Assembly: GCA_012295275.1 (NCBI GenBank)
Contig: CM022677.1
Coordinates: 28,086,001-28,150,000 of the forward strand
DNA: 64,000 nucleotides
Reading direction: 5' to 3'
DNA from: Chrysomallon squamiferum
Lineage: Eukaryota > Animalia > Mollusca
In this document: positions 12,009 to 27,300 of the stretch, one piece after another
How the letters are laid out: the number at the start of each line of letters is the position of its first letter
Position numbering within the stretch: position 1 is the stretch's first letter
Notes under the pieces: model-generated
Databases searched by the model: none
Told to the model about the DNA's origin: nothing
The model's input: the letters and a program-made list of their open reading frames with translations, nothing else
Translations under genes and position numbers: made by a program

Positions 12009-13060
12009 CCTTTACACACATTACAGTCATACTAGTCCTTTACAGACATTACAGTCATACTAGTCCTTTACAGACATTAGTCATACTAGTCCTTTACAGA
12101 CATTACAGTCACACTAGTGCAATATAGACATTACAGTCATACTAGTCCTTTACAGACATTACAGTCATTCTAGTCCTTTACAGACATTACAGCCTTACTA
12201 GTCCTTTACAGACATTAGTCATACTAGTCCTTTACAGACATTACAGTCATACTAGTCCTTTACAGACATTAGTCATACTAGTCCTTTACAGACATTAGTC
12301 ATACTAGTCCTTTACAGACATTAGTCATACTAGTCCTTTACAGACATTAGTCATACTAGTCCTTTACACACATTACAGTCATACTAGTCCTTTATAGACA
12401 TTACAGTCATACTAATCCTGTACAGACATTACAGTCATTCTAGTCCTTTACACACATTACAGTCATTCTAGTCCTTTACAGACATTACAGCCTTACTAGT
12501 CCTTTACAGACATTAGTCATACTAGTCCTTTACAGACATTACAGTCATACTAGTCCTTTACACACATTACAGTCATACTAGTCCTTTACAGACATTAGTC
12601 ATACTAGTCCTTTACAGACATTAGTCATACTAGTCCTTTACAGACATTACAGTCATACTAGTCCTTCATAGACATTACAGTCATACTAGTCCCTTACAGA
12701 CATTAGTCATACTAGTCCTTTACAGACATTAGTCATACTAGTCCTTCATATACATTAGTCATACTAGTCCTTTACAGACATTACAGTCATACTAGTCCTT
12801 TACACAGATTACAGTCATACTAGTCCTTCATAGACATTAAGTCCTAGTCCTTTACAGACATTAGTCATACTAGTCCTTTACAGACATTACAGTCATACTA
12901 GTCCTTCATAGACATTACAGTCATACTAATCCTGTACAGACATTAGTCATACTAGTCCTTTACACACATTACAGTCATACTAGTCCTTCATAGACATTAC
13001 AGTCATACTAATCCTGTACAGACATTACAGTCATACTAGGCATTTACAGACATTACAAGT
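12009..13060. repeat. 25/28-bp minisatellite
   Basis: Unit CAGACATT(ACA)GTCATACTAGTCCTTTA. Confidence 0.95.
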
Positions 13061-14357
13061 ACACATGTCCTTTACATGAATTACAGATACATAGGTATTT
13101 GGTCACAAAATTTATCATCTCATAAGGCCTTCACAGAACTAACTCATCACTTGTAGTGCCTGCAGGGTAATTTGCATTGTAATTTCATCAGATCAGTCGT
13201 CCACAGATTATACAAATACCACAGAAATGTCATCGTACCAGGCCTTGGTAGATACTGTGATAATACTGAGATATTATCAGCTAAGCAGTTCATTACAACA
13301 TTAGCAGAAAGAAAAGTATCTCAGTGTAAATGATCGTCACGAAATATTTACCAGCACAATACACTGTAAGTGATATTTATCACTACAGAAATCACAAAAC
13401 ATATTTTAAATATTTAGTTGTGTATTTCATTACAAGTTAAACCAATATTTGTTAAAATACTTGTAAAAGCCCTGCAGGTTATCTCCAAAGTTATATCTGT
13501 TACAGGTTTTACTAGAAGATGGTTAGATAATAATAATTATACCAGTCTGTTTCGTATCACTGTCAAATTTTAATATGCGTCTACAGCACAAGGTGCCTCT
13601 CACTTGTAACAGCAGTGCTTTGTGCCACTCACACACTGAGTAGAAGCTGTAACAAAATGTGTTTTATAAACATGGTGAAAACTGAACTAAAACACAAGAT
13701 AGCTTGTTGACCTTCTTGAATCAGATACTTTTTTTTATCTTACTCTTTCCTTTCTTTTGTTTCCTTTTTCTTTTAAATAGCAAAAGAAATGTTTCTTCCG
13801 AGATTACTGGACTTCTTTCTTTCTTCCAAATATTTTCAGATTATTTCTGTCAGATTATGAATGTGCATGTGTGGGGAGCAGCATTTGTTCATATTACTAA
13901 GGTCTTTGTGCTTCAGTAGTGTGTGTATATGTGTGTGTGTATGTGTGTGTGCGTGTTTGTATATGTGTGTGTATATGTGTTTGTGTGTATATGTGTGTGT
14001 GTCTATGTGTATGTGTGTGTGTATATGTGTTTGTGTGTATATGTGTATGTGTGTATGTGTGTATGTGTGTATGTGTATGTGTGTGTGTTTATATGTGTAT
14101 GTGTGTGTGTGTATGTGTGTTTGTGTGTATATGTGTCTATATATATGTGTGTGTGTCTACATTTATTATCACTGTTTTTACAAGAATGTATATAACTGTT
14201 CATCAGACAGTGGGTGGAACGGGAAATAAGACAAAGTAAGAATAATGAACACTAAATACTGAACTACTTTTGCAACACTAAATACTGATACATAAAACTT
14301 AAAAATCAGTTTTAAGTGCCTGATAAAATATGAACTTATAGCTTATTGACCTCAGCT

Positions 14358-14395
<38 letters not shown>

Positions 14396-14696
14396 GATAA
14401 CCTGGTAACTCTGCTATTCTTAGAATTTTGTTTTACAAAAATGTTTAGAGTTATATGCCAGACATTAATCATCTGACATGCATGAAATATGGGAAAAGTC
14501 TGCTTGTAATTTTTCAACACTGGAGAGAAACTTTGCCACAATCTAATCTAGAAGTGTTCAGAGATGAGCTGAAGTGAAGTGAAGTGAAGTGAAGTGAAGT
14601 GCAGGATCTAGTCCAAGTCTACCTTTTGTTCCACACAGCTCTCTATTACTGGATAAACAAATAAAAGTGTTAAAGTATATAAAAGATGAAAATTAC

Positions 14697-14802
14697 TCAC
14701 ATACACACATACACCCACACATTCACACACATACTCTGTCACTCATACACATACACAAACATACTCTCAGACATACACATACACACACACATACTCTCTC
14801 AG

Positions 14803-14835
<33 letters not shown>

Positions 14836-14837
14836 TT

Positions 14838-14871
<34 letters not shown>

Positions 14872-15770
14872 TACTCTCTCAGACATACACCCACACATTC
14901 ACACACATACTCTCTCAGACATACACATACACACACACATACTCTCTCAGACATACACATACACACACACACACACACTCTCTCAGACATACACATACAC
15001 ACACACATACATTCACACACATACAGACACATACATTCACACACATACACTCTCACACATACACCCACACATTCACACACACAAATACTGACACACACAC
15101 ACACACACACACACTCTACACATACATACACACACATCTCACACATACACATACACACACACATACACATTCACACATACACACATACATTCTCAGACAT
15201 ACACCCACACATTCACACACATACTCTCACACACACACACACACACACACATACTCTCTCAGACATACACACACACATACTCTCTCAGACACACATACAC
15301 ACACACACATACTCTCTCACTCATACACATACACAAACATACTCTCTCACTCATACACATACACACACACACACACATACACTCTCTCAGACATACACAT
15401 GCACACATACTGACACACCCACACACACACTCTCACTCATACACATACATACACCCACATACACACATACTCTCTCAGACATACACATGCACACATACAC
15501 ATACTCACACATACACCCACACATACTTTTTCACACACACACATACTTTCTCACTCATACATACACCCACATACACACATACTCTCAGACATACATACAC
15601 ACATCTCTCTCTCTACACACATACACAAACATCTCTCTCTCACACACACACACATGTATACTCATTATACTGTTATGCTCACATACACACACATACAGAT
15701 ACACACACATACACACACAAACAAGTGTCTCTCATACACACACACACACACATACTCACAAATACACACA
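14697..15770. repeat. Degenerate (CA)n/CATA/CTCT compound microsatellite
   Basis: Directly visible; source of the HT-rich ORFs. Confidence 0.9.
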
Positions 15771-16099
15771 ACCACTCTTTTCTTTTTTCTCTTTGAATGT
15801 TCTTTTTTTTTATAATTAACACATTTGTTAATTTTCTCTTCTATCTGCTGAATTGAACACTGTCCTGATTTCTCACAATTGTTTAAATTCTGTCCTGAAT
15901 GTGAACACTGGTGTATATAATTAACACAATTGTTAAATTATAACTCTGACTCTGAATGTGAACACTGGTGTATTTAACACAATTGTATAAATTATGTGTT
16001 ATGCATGTGAAACTGGTGTATATAATTTTAAAAGTCTTATATAGCACAAACTGAATGTGTCTCTGGTATGGCTATATAATTAACACAATTCTAAAACTT

Positions 16100-16940
16100 C
16101 TAACAGAGTGACTGCTGAATGTGAACACTGGTGTATATAATTAATACAATTGTTAAATTATAACAGAGTGACTGCTGAATGTGAACACTGGTGTATATAA
16201 TTAACACAATTGTTAAATTATAACAGAGTGACTGCTGAATGTGAACACTGGTGTATATAATTAACACAATTGTTAAATTATAACAGAGTGACTGCTGAAT
16301 GTGAACACTGGTGTATATAATTAACACAATTGTTAAATTATAACAGAGTGACTGCTGAATGTGAACACTGGTGTATATAATTAACACAATTGTTAAATTA
16401 TAACAGAGTGACTGCTGAATGTGAACACTGGTGTATATAATTAACACAATTGTTAAATTATAACAGAGTGACTGCTGAATGTGAACACTGGTGTATATAA
16501 TTAACACAATTGTTAAATTATAACAGAGTGACTGCTGAATGTGAACACTGGTGTATATAATTAACACAATTGTTAAATTATAACAGAGTGACTGCTGAAT
16601 GTGAACACTGGTGTATATAATTAATACAATTGTTAAATTATAACAGAGTGACTGCTGGATGTGAACACTGGTGTATATAATTAACACAATTGTATAATTA
16701 TAACAGAGTGACTGCTGAATGTGAACACTGGTGTATATAATTAACACAATTGTTAAATTATAACAGAGTGACTGCTGAATGTGAACACTGGTGTATATAA
16801 TTAACACAATTGTTAAATTATAACAGAGTGACTGCTGAATGTGAACACTGGTGTATATAATTAACACAATTGTTAAATTATAACAGAGTGACTGCTGGAA
16901 TGTGAACACTGGTGTATTTAATTAACACAGTTGTATAATT
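16100..16940. repeat. 60-bp highly homogeneous minisatellite, about 14 copies
   Basis: Successive 60-nt lines are nearly identical; degenerate copies at 15820-16100. Confidence 0.97.
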
Positions 16941-17436
16941 ATGATAATTTTATGTCTCCAGTCACTGCAGCTTTCATGATTTCCTCCGGCAAACTAATTA
17001 TAAATGCAGACATAAAACTGGTTATAAATCTTTGAAAAGAATAGTCTAAGTAATTTATTGTTTTACACTTGGCATTTGAGGGTATTTTATTTTAATATGC
17101 AGTCTGCCTGAGTGAAATCTGACAGCGAAGTGAAACATTTCATCTTTCATAACTGATACCTGATGTATATGCATATCATTATTGTTATAAGTATCTATTA
17201 TATATATTATTTATATTTTTAAATAATATAATTTAAATAGTTCTTGGACATGCCTGATATAACTGGAAGAAAAAACCCAGCTGCCTTTATTCGATAGGTT
17301 ACTATTATTAGTTAGTAGAACTGATTAGTTACTTTTATTAATAGAAAGAATTAACATAATTGACAGGTTATTTTTATAACAAATAGAAAGATATCAGTGA
17401 TGTCAGTATTACAGTCCACTGATGAGACCTGAACCT

Positions 17437-18315
17437 GTGTACCGCAGCACTTCAGTGTGTACCACTGCACTTCAGTGTGTACCACAGCACTTCAGTGTGT
17501 ACCACAACACTTCAGTGTGTACCACTGCACTTCAGTGTGTACCACAGCACTTCAGTGTGTACTACAACACTTCAGTGTGTACCACAGCACTTCAGTGTGT
17601 ACCACAGCACTTCAGTGTGTACCACAGCACTTCACTGTGTACTACAACACTTCAGTGTGTACTACAACACTTCAGTGTGTACCACAGCACTTCAGTGTGT
17701 ACCACTGCACTTCACTGTGTATCACTGCACTTCAGTGTGTACCACAGCACTTCAGTGTGTACCACAGCACTTTAGTGTGAACCACAGCACTTTAGTGTGA
17801 ACCACAGCACTTCAGTGTGTACTACAGCACTTCACTGTGTACCACAGCACTTCAGTGTGAACCACTGCACTTCAGTGTGAACCACAGCACTTTAGTGTGA
17901 ACCACAGCACTTCAGTGTGTACCACAGCACTTCAGTGTGTACCACAGCACTTCAGTGTGAACCACAGCACTTCAGTGTGTACTACAGCACTTCAGTGTGT
18001 ACCACAGCACTTTAGTGTGTACCACAGCACTTCAGTGTGTACCACAGCACTTCAGTGTGTACCATAGCACTTCAGTGTGAACCACAGCACTTCAGTGTGT
18101 ACCACAGCACTTCAGTGTGTACCACTGCACTTCACTGTGTACCACTGCACTTCAGTGTGTACCACAGCACTTCAGTGTGAACCACTGCACTTCAGTGTGT
18201 ACCACAGCACTTCAGTGTGAACCACAGCACTTCAGTGTGTACCACAGCACTTCAGTGTGTACCACAGCACTTCAGTGTGAACCACAGCACTTCAGTGTGT
18301 ACCACAGCACTTCAG
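17437..18315. repeat. 20-bp minisatellite, about 44 copies
   Basis: Unit GTGTACCACAGCACTTCAGT. Confidence 0.97.
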
Positions 18316-18790
18316 ATTAGTCTGAATGTAGTATTCATCATTCTATCAATTAGTCTGAATGTAGTATTCATCATTCTATCAAATTAGTCTGAATGTAGTA
18401 TTCATCATTCTATCAATTAGTCTGAATGTAGTATTCATCATTCTATCAATAGTCTGAATGTAGTATTCATCATTCTACCAAATTAGTCTGAATGTAGTAG
18501 TCATCATTCTATCAAATTAGTCTGAATGTAGTAGTCATCATTCTATCAAATTAGTCTGAATGTAGTATTCATCATTCTATCAAATTAGTCTGAATGAAGT
18601 ATTCATCATTCTATCAAATTAGTCTGAATGTAGTATCATCATTCTATCAAATTAGTCTGAATGAAGTATTCATCATTCTATCAAATTAGTCTGAATGTAG
18701 TAGTCATCATTCTATCAAATTAGTCTGAATGAAGTAGTCATCATTCTATCAAATTAGTCTGAATGAAGTATATTCATCACCTACCAAATT
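18316..18790. repeat. ~33-34 bp minisatellite directly abutting the 20-bp array
   Basis: Unit ATTAGTCTGAATGTAGTATTCATCATTCTATCAA. Confidence 0.95.
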
Positions 18791-19259
18791 CTGGGAGGAT
18801 GTAATCACGAATCTGTCTCAAAGATGGTGAAAGGCAGTCAAACAAAACGGCCTACATAAGACAGTTGAAATATCTAAATATCATCTGTTTAAAAAATTGC
18901 TATGAACTTTCATTTCACACTCAACATTTTAAAACATCACAATCTGTGTTTGAGAGATGTCCTGCTTTTTCTGAAAGTTAAAAGCTTTTTAACACCTGAA
19001 CCACAAACGTACCTGTCTTTTTTCACCTGACTGCGTTAGCTGATTAGCTAAAAAGATGATGATGAAGAAGAACACACACAACTTTCTTAACTTCAAATTA
19101 ACCTGACTTCAGACACACCCCATACAGAGAAGGCTTTTAGTGTCTAACACACTCAAATCTAAATCATTTGTTGAAGCTTTTAATCAGCATAAAAATTAAG
19201 AATGAAATATTTATGTGTCAGAAAAATATTTTAATTTGAAAAATGCTAAATAACCTTGA

Positions 19260-20215
19260 TACACAGACAGACATACAGATAGATGATAAAGTAAATAGAT
19301 AGGCAGAGAGACAGATAAAGAGACATACACAGATAAAGTAAACAGATAAAGTAAACAGACAGACATACAGATAGATGATAAAGTAAATAGGTAAGCAGAG
19401 AGACAGATAAAGAGACATACATAGATAAAGTAAACAGACAGACATACAGATAGATGATAAAGTAAATAGGCAGAGAGACATATAAAGAGACATATGTAGA
19501 TAAAGTAAATAGATAAAGTAAACAGAAACAAAGTAAACAGACAGACATACAGATAGATGATAAAGTAAATAGATAGGCAGAGAGACAGATAAAGAGACAG
19601 GCATAGATAAAGTAAACAGACACACAAAGTAAACAGACAGACATACAGATAGATAAAGTAAAACAGACAGACATAAAGATAAAGTAAACAGACAGACAGA
19701 CAGAAATGATAAACAGACAGATAAAGTAAACAGACAGACATACAGATAGATAATAAATAAATAGGCAGAGAGACAGATAAAGAGACAGGCATAGATAAAG
19801 TAAACAGAGAGACAGACAGACAGACATGGATAGATAAAGTAAAAACAGACAGATAAAGAAATACAAACAGACAAACAAAAGACAAACAGACAGACATACA
19901 GATAGATGATAAAGTAAATAGATAGAGAGAGACAGATAAAGAGACAGATAAAGTAAACAGACATACAGATGATGATAAAAGTAAAAGTAAACAGATAAAC
20001 AGACACATAGATAAATAAACAGACATACAGATATATGATAAAGTAAAAAATAGAGAGAGACAGATAAAGAGAGACAGATAAAGAAACAGACATACAGATA
20101 AATGATAAAGTAAATAAAGATAAAAACAAACAGATAAAGTAAACAGACACACAAAGTAAACAGACAGACATACAGATAGATGATAAAGTAAATAGATAGG
20201 CAGAGACAGATAACT
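19260..20215. repeat. Complex GATA/GACA purine-rich repeat
   Basis: Recurring GATAAAGTAAACAGACAGACATACAGATAGAT modules. Confidence 0.9.
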
Positions 20216-20483
20216 AACAAAGAAAATTCTTAAAATCTTATTTACCAGAACATGATGACTTTAGATGGAGAAATAAAAAGATCAAAACAGAATTTAAATA
20301 AAATAAAAAGTAAAAGAATAATAAGACTTGTCAGAATTGCTTGAAATTGGTTGAATCGTTTGCTGAGAAAATGAAATAAAAATAAAAATTAATAAATTTA
20401 AATAAAATATAAATAACAGTTGTCAGTTTTTTTTATTTTGAAATACAAGGGAACCTTTTTCTGGAGAATAAGAAATCTGTTTG

Positions 20484-20521
<38 letters not shown>

Positions 20522-22170
20522 ACTAAATTGTCTGGATTTTGTAACATTATATATCAAGCCAGAACAAAAAAAAAAAAAAAAAAATATAATAAAAATAAAT
20601 GAAAAATAAAATAAAAATAAGAACTAAAATAAACAAAACCTGAGATAACACAAGAAATAAATGTGAATTTTTCTTCTTAATGTTTCTATAACTGACAAAA
20701 TAGATGAGAATACCATTTGTAAACATGTATTTTTCATTTTTTTTCTTTTTAATATATTGTATCTTTATCACAAATATTTTGTAACAACAAATAAAAAAAC
20801 CCAAAATCGAGGTTAACCAGTTTACATGTAAATAGAACTTTTCTCTTTGTGCTGAAAAAACGTATAACCGAGCAAATTACGTGAGTGAGTGATTGAATAA
20901 AAAGACAAAATAAATGGGATTGAGAGATGAAGAATCTGATTACGCTATGAATGTCAAACGCTTCTAGCCATTCTGTCGCCAGCTGCTGTAAAAATAGAAC
21001 ACAGATAACTCCGTGTGGTATGCCTCTAGTTTCTTTCTCACAGTAAAAAATAAAACAAAAATAATAATCTGACTGGATCGCTAGTAACAGCAAAGTAAAT
21101 GGCTGAAAAATAAATTGGATAGAAATGATGGTAATAAAATAATAAGAAATTTTTTAAAAATATAAATATTCTAGTAAAAGAGAATATAAAAATAAATAAA
21201 ATGATAAAATACATCTCTCTCTCTCTCTCTCTCTCCCCCCTTGTAATATATATATATATATATATATATTTTTTCCAGATACAGTAATAATAACTAGATC
21301 CATTTTCTCCCAATGTATGATAAAGAGTAAATTGTTTTAAAAGCATGAGGTTGTTAAACTGTTGTAAATAATTGGTATGTAGATATTCAGATAGTGTGGT
21401 CTGTTTTGTGTCTGTTAAACTATACTGACAATGATGTATCTTCTTATCTCTGTTCACATGCCTCTCCCTGTAAAACTGACAAGTTAAAAAAAATAAAAAA
21501 ATAAAAAAATAAAAATAAAAATAAAAAGAACTGGAACAAAGAATCTCAACCCCAGACATTTGGATATCTACCACACACAAATTTGTGAAAGGTAAAAAAA
21601 AAATTAAAAAAAAAAAAAAATTCAGGAGTTTACTGTTAAATGACAGAGAACACTGGTTAGAAATGGAAATATTTCAAACAAAGGAAAGTTAATGTTATAA
21701 CTGTCTCACTTGATTCTGTTCACTTTGTAAATTAACCATCACTCTTTGGGTACATTTTATAGCATATTATTATTGTTGTTGTTGTAGTTGTTATTACTGT
21801 TTTGTTATTTCACACACGCACATACACAGTATTATTATTATTATTATACACACAGATATACAGACACACACGCACAAAATTTGTTTATGTTTATTATTGT
21901 TATTATTATTTCACACATTCATTATTATTATTATTACAACACTCATACACACACACACACATACACACATAAAATCATTTTTGGTGTTTGTTTATAAGTA
22001 AGTTCTGAAATAGTAGGAATACCTATACAAAGATAAAGAACATGTGGCTGCCATATTGAAAACAGAGTTGTAAATGAAAACAGAAAATAATGTGACAAAT
22101 GAGAAGAGATGTAGGAGGAATTTACAAGTAATGTAGAGGAAGTCTTTCTTATTTTTATATTCACAACCAA

Positions 22171-23985
22171 TCAGTGTTAATATCCGTGTACTACACAAAC
22201 TGTTTTTACATGACTCAGTGTTAATATCCGTGTACTACACAAACTGTTTTTACATGACTCAGTGTTAATATCCATGTACTTCACAAACTGTTTTTACATG
22301 ACTCAGTGTTAACATCTGTGTACTACACAAACTGTTTTTACATGACTCAGTGTTAATATCCGTGTACTTCACAAACTGTTTTTACATGACTCAAAATCAG
22401 TGTTAATATCCATGTACTTCACAAACTGTTTTTACATGACTCAAAATCTGTGTTAATATCCGTGTACTACACAACTGTTTTTATATGACTCAAAATCTGT
22501 GTTAATATCCGTGTACTGCACAACTGTTTTTATATGACTCAAAATCTGTATTAATATCCGTGTACTATACAAACTGTTTTTACATGACTCAAAATCAGTG
22601 TTAATATCCATGTACTATACAAACTGTTTTACATGACTCAAAATCAGTGTTAATATCCGTGTACTATACAAACTGTTTTTACATGACTCAGTGTTAACAT
22701 CCGTGTACTTCACAAACTGTTTTTACATGACTCAGTGTTAATATCCGTGTACTTCACAAACTGTTTTTACATGACTCAGTTACTTCACAAACTGTTTTAC
22801 ATGACTCAGTGTTAACATCCGTGTACTTCACAAACTGTTTTTACATGACTCAAAATCCTGTTCACAAACTGTTTTTACATGACTCAGTGTTAATATCCGT
22901 GTACTACACAACTGTTTTTACATGACTCAGTGTTAATATCCGTGTACTTCACAAACTGTTTTTACATGACTCAGTGTTAATATCCGTGTACTACACAACT
23001 GTTTTTACATGACTCAGTGTTAATATCCGTGTACTTCACAAACTGTTTTTACATGACTCAGTGTTAACATCCGTGTACTACACAAACTGTTTTTACATGA
23101 CTCAGTGTTAACATCCGTGTACTTCACAAACTGTTTTTACATGACTCAAAATCTGTTAATATCCGTGTACTTCACAACTGTTTTTACATGACTCAGTGTT
23201 AATATCCATGTACTTTACAAACTGTTTTTACATGACTCAGTGTTAATATCCATGTACTTCACAAACTGTTTTTACATGACTCAGTGTTAATATCCATGTA
23301 CTACACAAACTGTTTTTACATGACTCAGTGTTAATATCCGTGTACTACACAAACTGTTTTTACATGACTCAAAAGTGTTAATATCCGTGTACTACACAAC
23401 TGTTTTTACATGACTCAGTGTTAATATCCGTGTACTACACAAACTGTTTTTTTACTCAAAATCAGTGTTAATATCCGTGTACTTCACAAACTGTTTTTAC
23501 ATGACTCAGTGTTAATATCCGTGTACTACACAAACTGTTTTTACATGACTCAGTGTTAATATCCGTGTACTACACAAACTGTTTTTACATGACTCAGTGT
23601 TAATATCCGTGTACTTCACAAACTGTTTTTACATGACTCAGTGTTAATATCCGTGTACTTCACAAACTGTTTTTACATGACTCAGTGTTAATATCCGTGT
23701 ACTTCACAAACTGTTTTTACATGACTCAGTGTTAATATCCGTGTACTTCACAAACTGTTTTTACATGACTCAAAATCTGTGTTAATATCCATGTACTACA
23801 CAAACTGTTTTTATATGACTCAAAATCAGTGTGAATATCCGTGTACTACACAACTGTTTTTATATGACTCAAAATTTGTGTTAATATCCATGTACTACAC
23901 AAACTGTTTTTACATGACTCAAAATCTGTGTTAAGATCCATGAAAACACAAACTGTTTTTACATGACTCAAAATCTGTGTTAAGA
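22171..23985. repeat. 44-50 bp minisatellite, about 40 copies, almost all carrying TGACTCA
   Basis: Unit CAGTGTTAATATCCGTGTACTACACAAACTGTTTTTACATGACT. Confidence 0.97.
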
Positions 23986-24297
23986 GAAAACAACTGCAGC
24001 AGAAGAGCAAGAGAGAGACTGGTATATAGAACAACACATTTACTTCTATCTATATCAGTGTTAACTGATGTAAATTTAGTTTGTGATCACAAGCAATATC
24101 ATATTAGTACTTGTTTTTACTTTATACAGTAATTTCCAACCTAGAATTTATGAGACTTGTGAAAAGTCTTTAGCATAAGGGAGTTTCTATATGTGTGTGT
24201 GTATGTGTATGTATGTGTGTGTTGGTGTACGTGTATGTGTATATGTGTGTGTGTTTATATGTGTGTGTGTATGCGTATATGTGTGTGTTTGTGTGTG

Positions 24298-24332
<35 letters not shown>

Positions 24333-27300
24333 AAGGATCTTTTACCACATTTTTCCATAAAACATTTATCAAATATATTTTCTTAAATAAAGAAAAATGA
24401 AAACAATTTTCTTTAGTTAAAATATAACAGAATCGTGGTATTTAGGAAAAAACAAGAACTGTGAAATAATGTCTTTCTTAGTTTGTTTCAGTTAGAATTC
24501 AATCTGTCTGCATCATCCCAGCTGACTGCCTCAGTTCAAATCTGACAAACATTAATAACACAACTTACCACATGACCAAGCAGAACTCCAACAAAATGTG
24601 TCTTCTCTAACCAGCTTTGCAAGAAGATGAACCTCTTTGTGATTTATATAATAATTAACTGAGCAGAACTCCTTCAATCCAACAAAATGTGTCTTCTCTA
24701 ACCAGCTTTGCAAGAATTATTAAATAATAATTAACTAACCAAGGAAAAGCCTGAGGTATTGATTTAGTTTATTCCAGAAAAAGAACAAGAAAAGAAGAAG
24801 AAATTTTAATATGACCAAATGTTTCATCTCTGAAGTTTAATACTGGTTTGTTATAGTGTATCATATTTGTCTTTATGTAATAACATACTAAGCACAATCT
24901 GAAATAGCATACTGCAGAAATAAGACCAAATATTAAGAAATCTTTGTATGCCAGAAAATGAATCATCTCTAATATTATTATGTTGGCACATTAATGAATC
25001 ATATACTTCTTTATGTATTAAAAACAGATTCATCACATTCCAGAACAAAGAATGAAAATGTAGTAAGAAAACTTTGTACGCAAGTTAATTCGCATTATTT
25101 AATAATTATACACTTGGCAGACAGTTTATCAGTTGTAGAATATTTCTCTATATGTATATTCTCTATATAAAAACAACTCTAGCTACAAAAAAAAATGTTA
25201 ATTTTATAGATGTAATTTATAAATTATATGTCACTATGAAAGACAAGTATATTTCTCTCTATATATATCCTGACAGAGTTTTTTCTAAAAACAATACTTC
25301 TGTAGTGTTACAGAATGAATTCATAATTTCATGTGTGCTCTGCTAAGGGATGACAAAAAGTTTCATCTGCACAGATGATTGGTTCATTTTCTTACGAAGA
25401 ATCCTATTTTTAAGATGAGGATATTTCATATAGAAGTGGCAACGGAATTTTGGCTATGTACTTATTATAACTTATTCGGTGAGTTAATTAGTACGTTCAT
25501 ACCTGTTTACATGTCTAAAGTTATCTCAGGAACTAGACATGAATGATACTATTAGTAATATGTTCATACCTGTTTACATGTCTAAAGTCATCTCAGGAAC
25601 TAGACATGAATGATACTATTAGTAAATGATGCTTTGAGGATGAAATTCCAGATAAAATCATCAACTTCAACTTACCTACAAAAGAAAAAATATAAAGATA
25701 TTTATTATAAAAATTTAAACAACTTCAAATTTTCTAATTATTTATATCACTATCAAAGTAAATATAGAATTTTTTGAAAAAAATAATTTTACATAATATA
25801 ACAATAAAAAAATATAAATATGCAAAATGAACGTTTTGAAAAAATAGACAAACACTTATAAAAACAGACAGATCAATGAAATAAACTATATAAAAGCAAC
25901 TGCAGCTACAGAAAACATGTTAATTTTAAAATATCTACTGAAATCAATTTTAATTAAAATGATAATTAATTAAATAATTATAAATAAGAATACAAAACTT
26001 CATTATATATGTATGAAATAACAGTTACCATTATTTATTATTATTATTATCATTACTTTATCATTATAATTTTTATCATTCTGTGGGTTTCTTTTTTTTT
26101 TTTTGTGTGTGTGTGTGTGTGTGTGTCTGTGTGTCTGCATGTTTAAATTATTAGTATTTATTCACTATCACCTGCATACACTACTTTATCATTGTTGAAA
26201 CATTTTACATGTAACTGTGTGTTTTCTACAAAAGATTAACAAAATCTGTTTCACAGGTGGACACAGATAACATGTTTTGTCCTGTGCAAGGAATTTCATT
26301 TATTTCTAAGTCAAGCATGAAATAGGAAATTATTTCTTTAAACATCAGTGAAGAGTACAGAATGTTTAACCTCGTTTTTCCCAATCTTGTCACTTGTCAC
26401 TTGTACAAAGACATCAGATTTTCTGCTTCATTTATCAAAAACCAACTCACTTCATTTTCTTCATTCAAACATTGCAGTAAAATTTTGAAAGTTTTACTGT
26501 GTATTGTGAAATAGAAAGTTATATAAATACTAAGTAGTGGGTATTGAATAGTTTAGTCCTAACTAGTTAAGGTAATAATAACAGACAGTAAAAAAAAAAC
26601 ATGTTTGAAAAGCACAGAAAGCATGTAATAATAAACAAGAAGAAAAGCTTAGAAACTTAAAAACGTGGTTTAAAAACTTTCAGAATATTTAGCTGCAGAG
26701 AATGATTACATACACGCCATGTCATAAACAGGAAAAAAGCTGGTGATAAATCTGCTGTGATATTAACTTTTTTCTGATAGACAGGAAATTTGGCCAGAAT
26801 GTACCCAGCAGACACACACACACACACAGATATTGGAGAAACATCTGTAGAAAATTTAATTTTAAAGTATTTATCTGATGTGAGAGAGTTCGTCTGAATC
26901 AATGCTTATCAAATTCGTGTCAAATGAGCTGTCTTCAAGTACTCTGAGCATTGTGCTGAATGATGCACGAAGGTGTTTTTCAGATCACAGGTCATGATAT
27001 AAACCAGATTCATGATTAAATTAATTATTGTTTAAAACAAGTGTGTTCTGTTCTGAACTGTTTTGAAACTCTCTGCAAGTTTTAGAAAATATATCTAAAT
27101 TAGTTTAAAATATTTATTTTTAATTCTTAAAATTTAAATCACGTTTCCGTATTAATAATATTATTATTAATATTACAATTATTATTAATTGCTGTTGTTG
27201 TTGCTGTTGTAGGCATGCATGTAAAAACCTTACAAAATAATAACAAGTTAATAAAATTCCTGGTTTAATTAAAAAAATGTGAGTCACTCTATAAAAATCA

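Noticed and set aside
16100-16909. 269-aa ORF of perfect 20-aa repeats
   Set aside because: Arises automatically from a 60-bp unit lacking a stop in one frame. No unique flanking coding sequence or credible splice sites.
14667-20220. Long HT-, CV- and YLSVCL-rich ORFs
   Set aside because: Translations of micro- and minisatellites, open in several frames at once.
24575-25625. Two-copy local duplications (~24580-24715 and ~25494-25625)
   Set aside because: Ordinary short tandem duplications with no TSD/TIR or coding signal.
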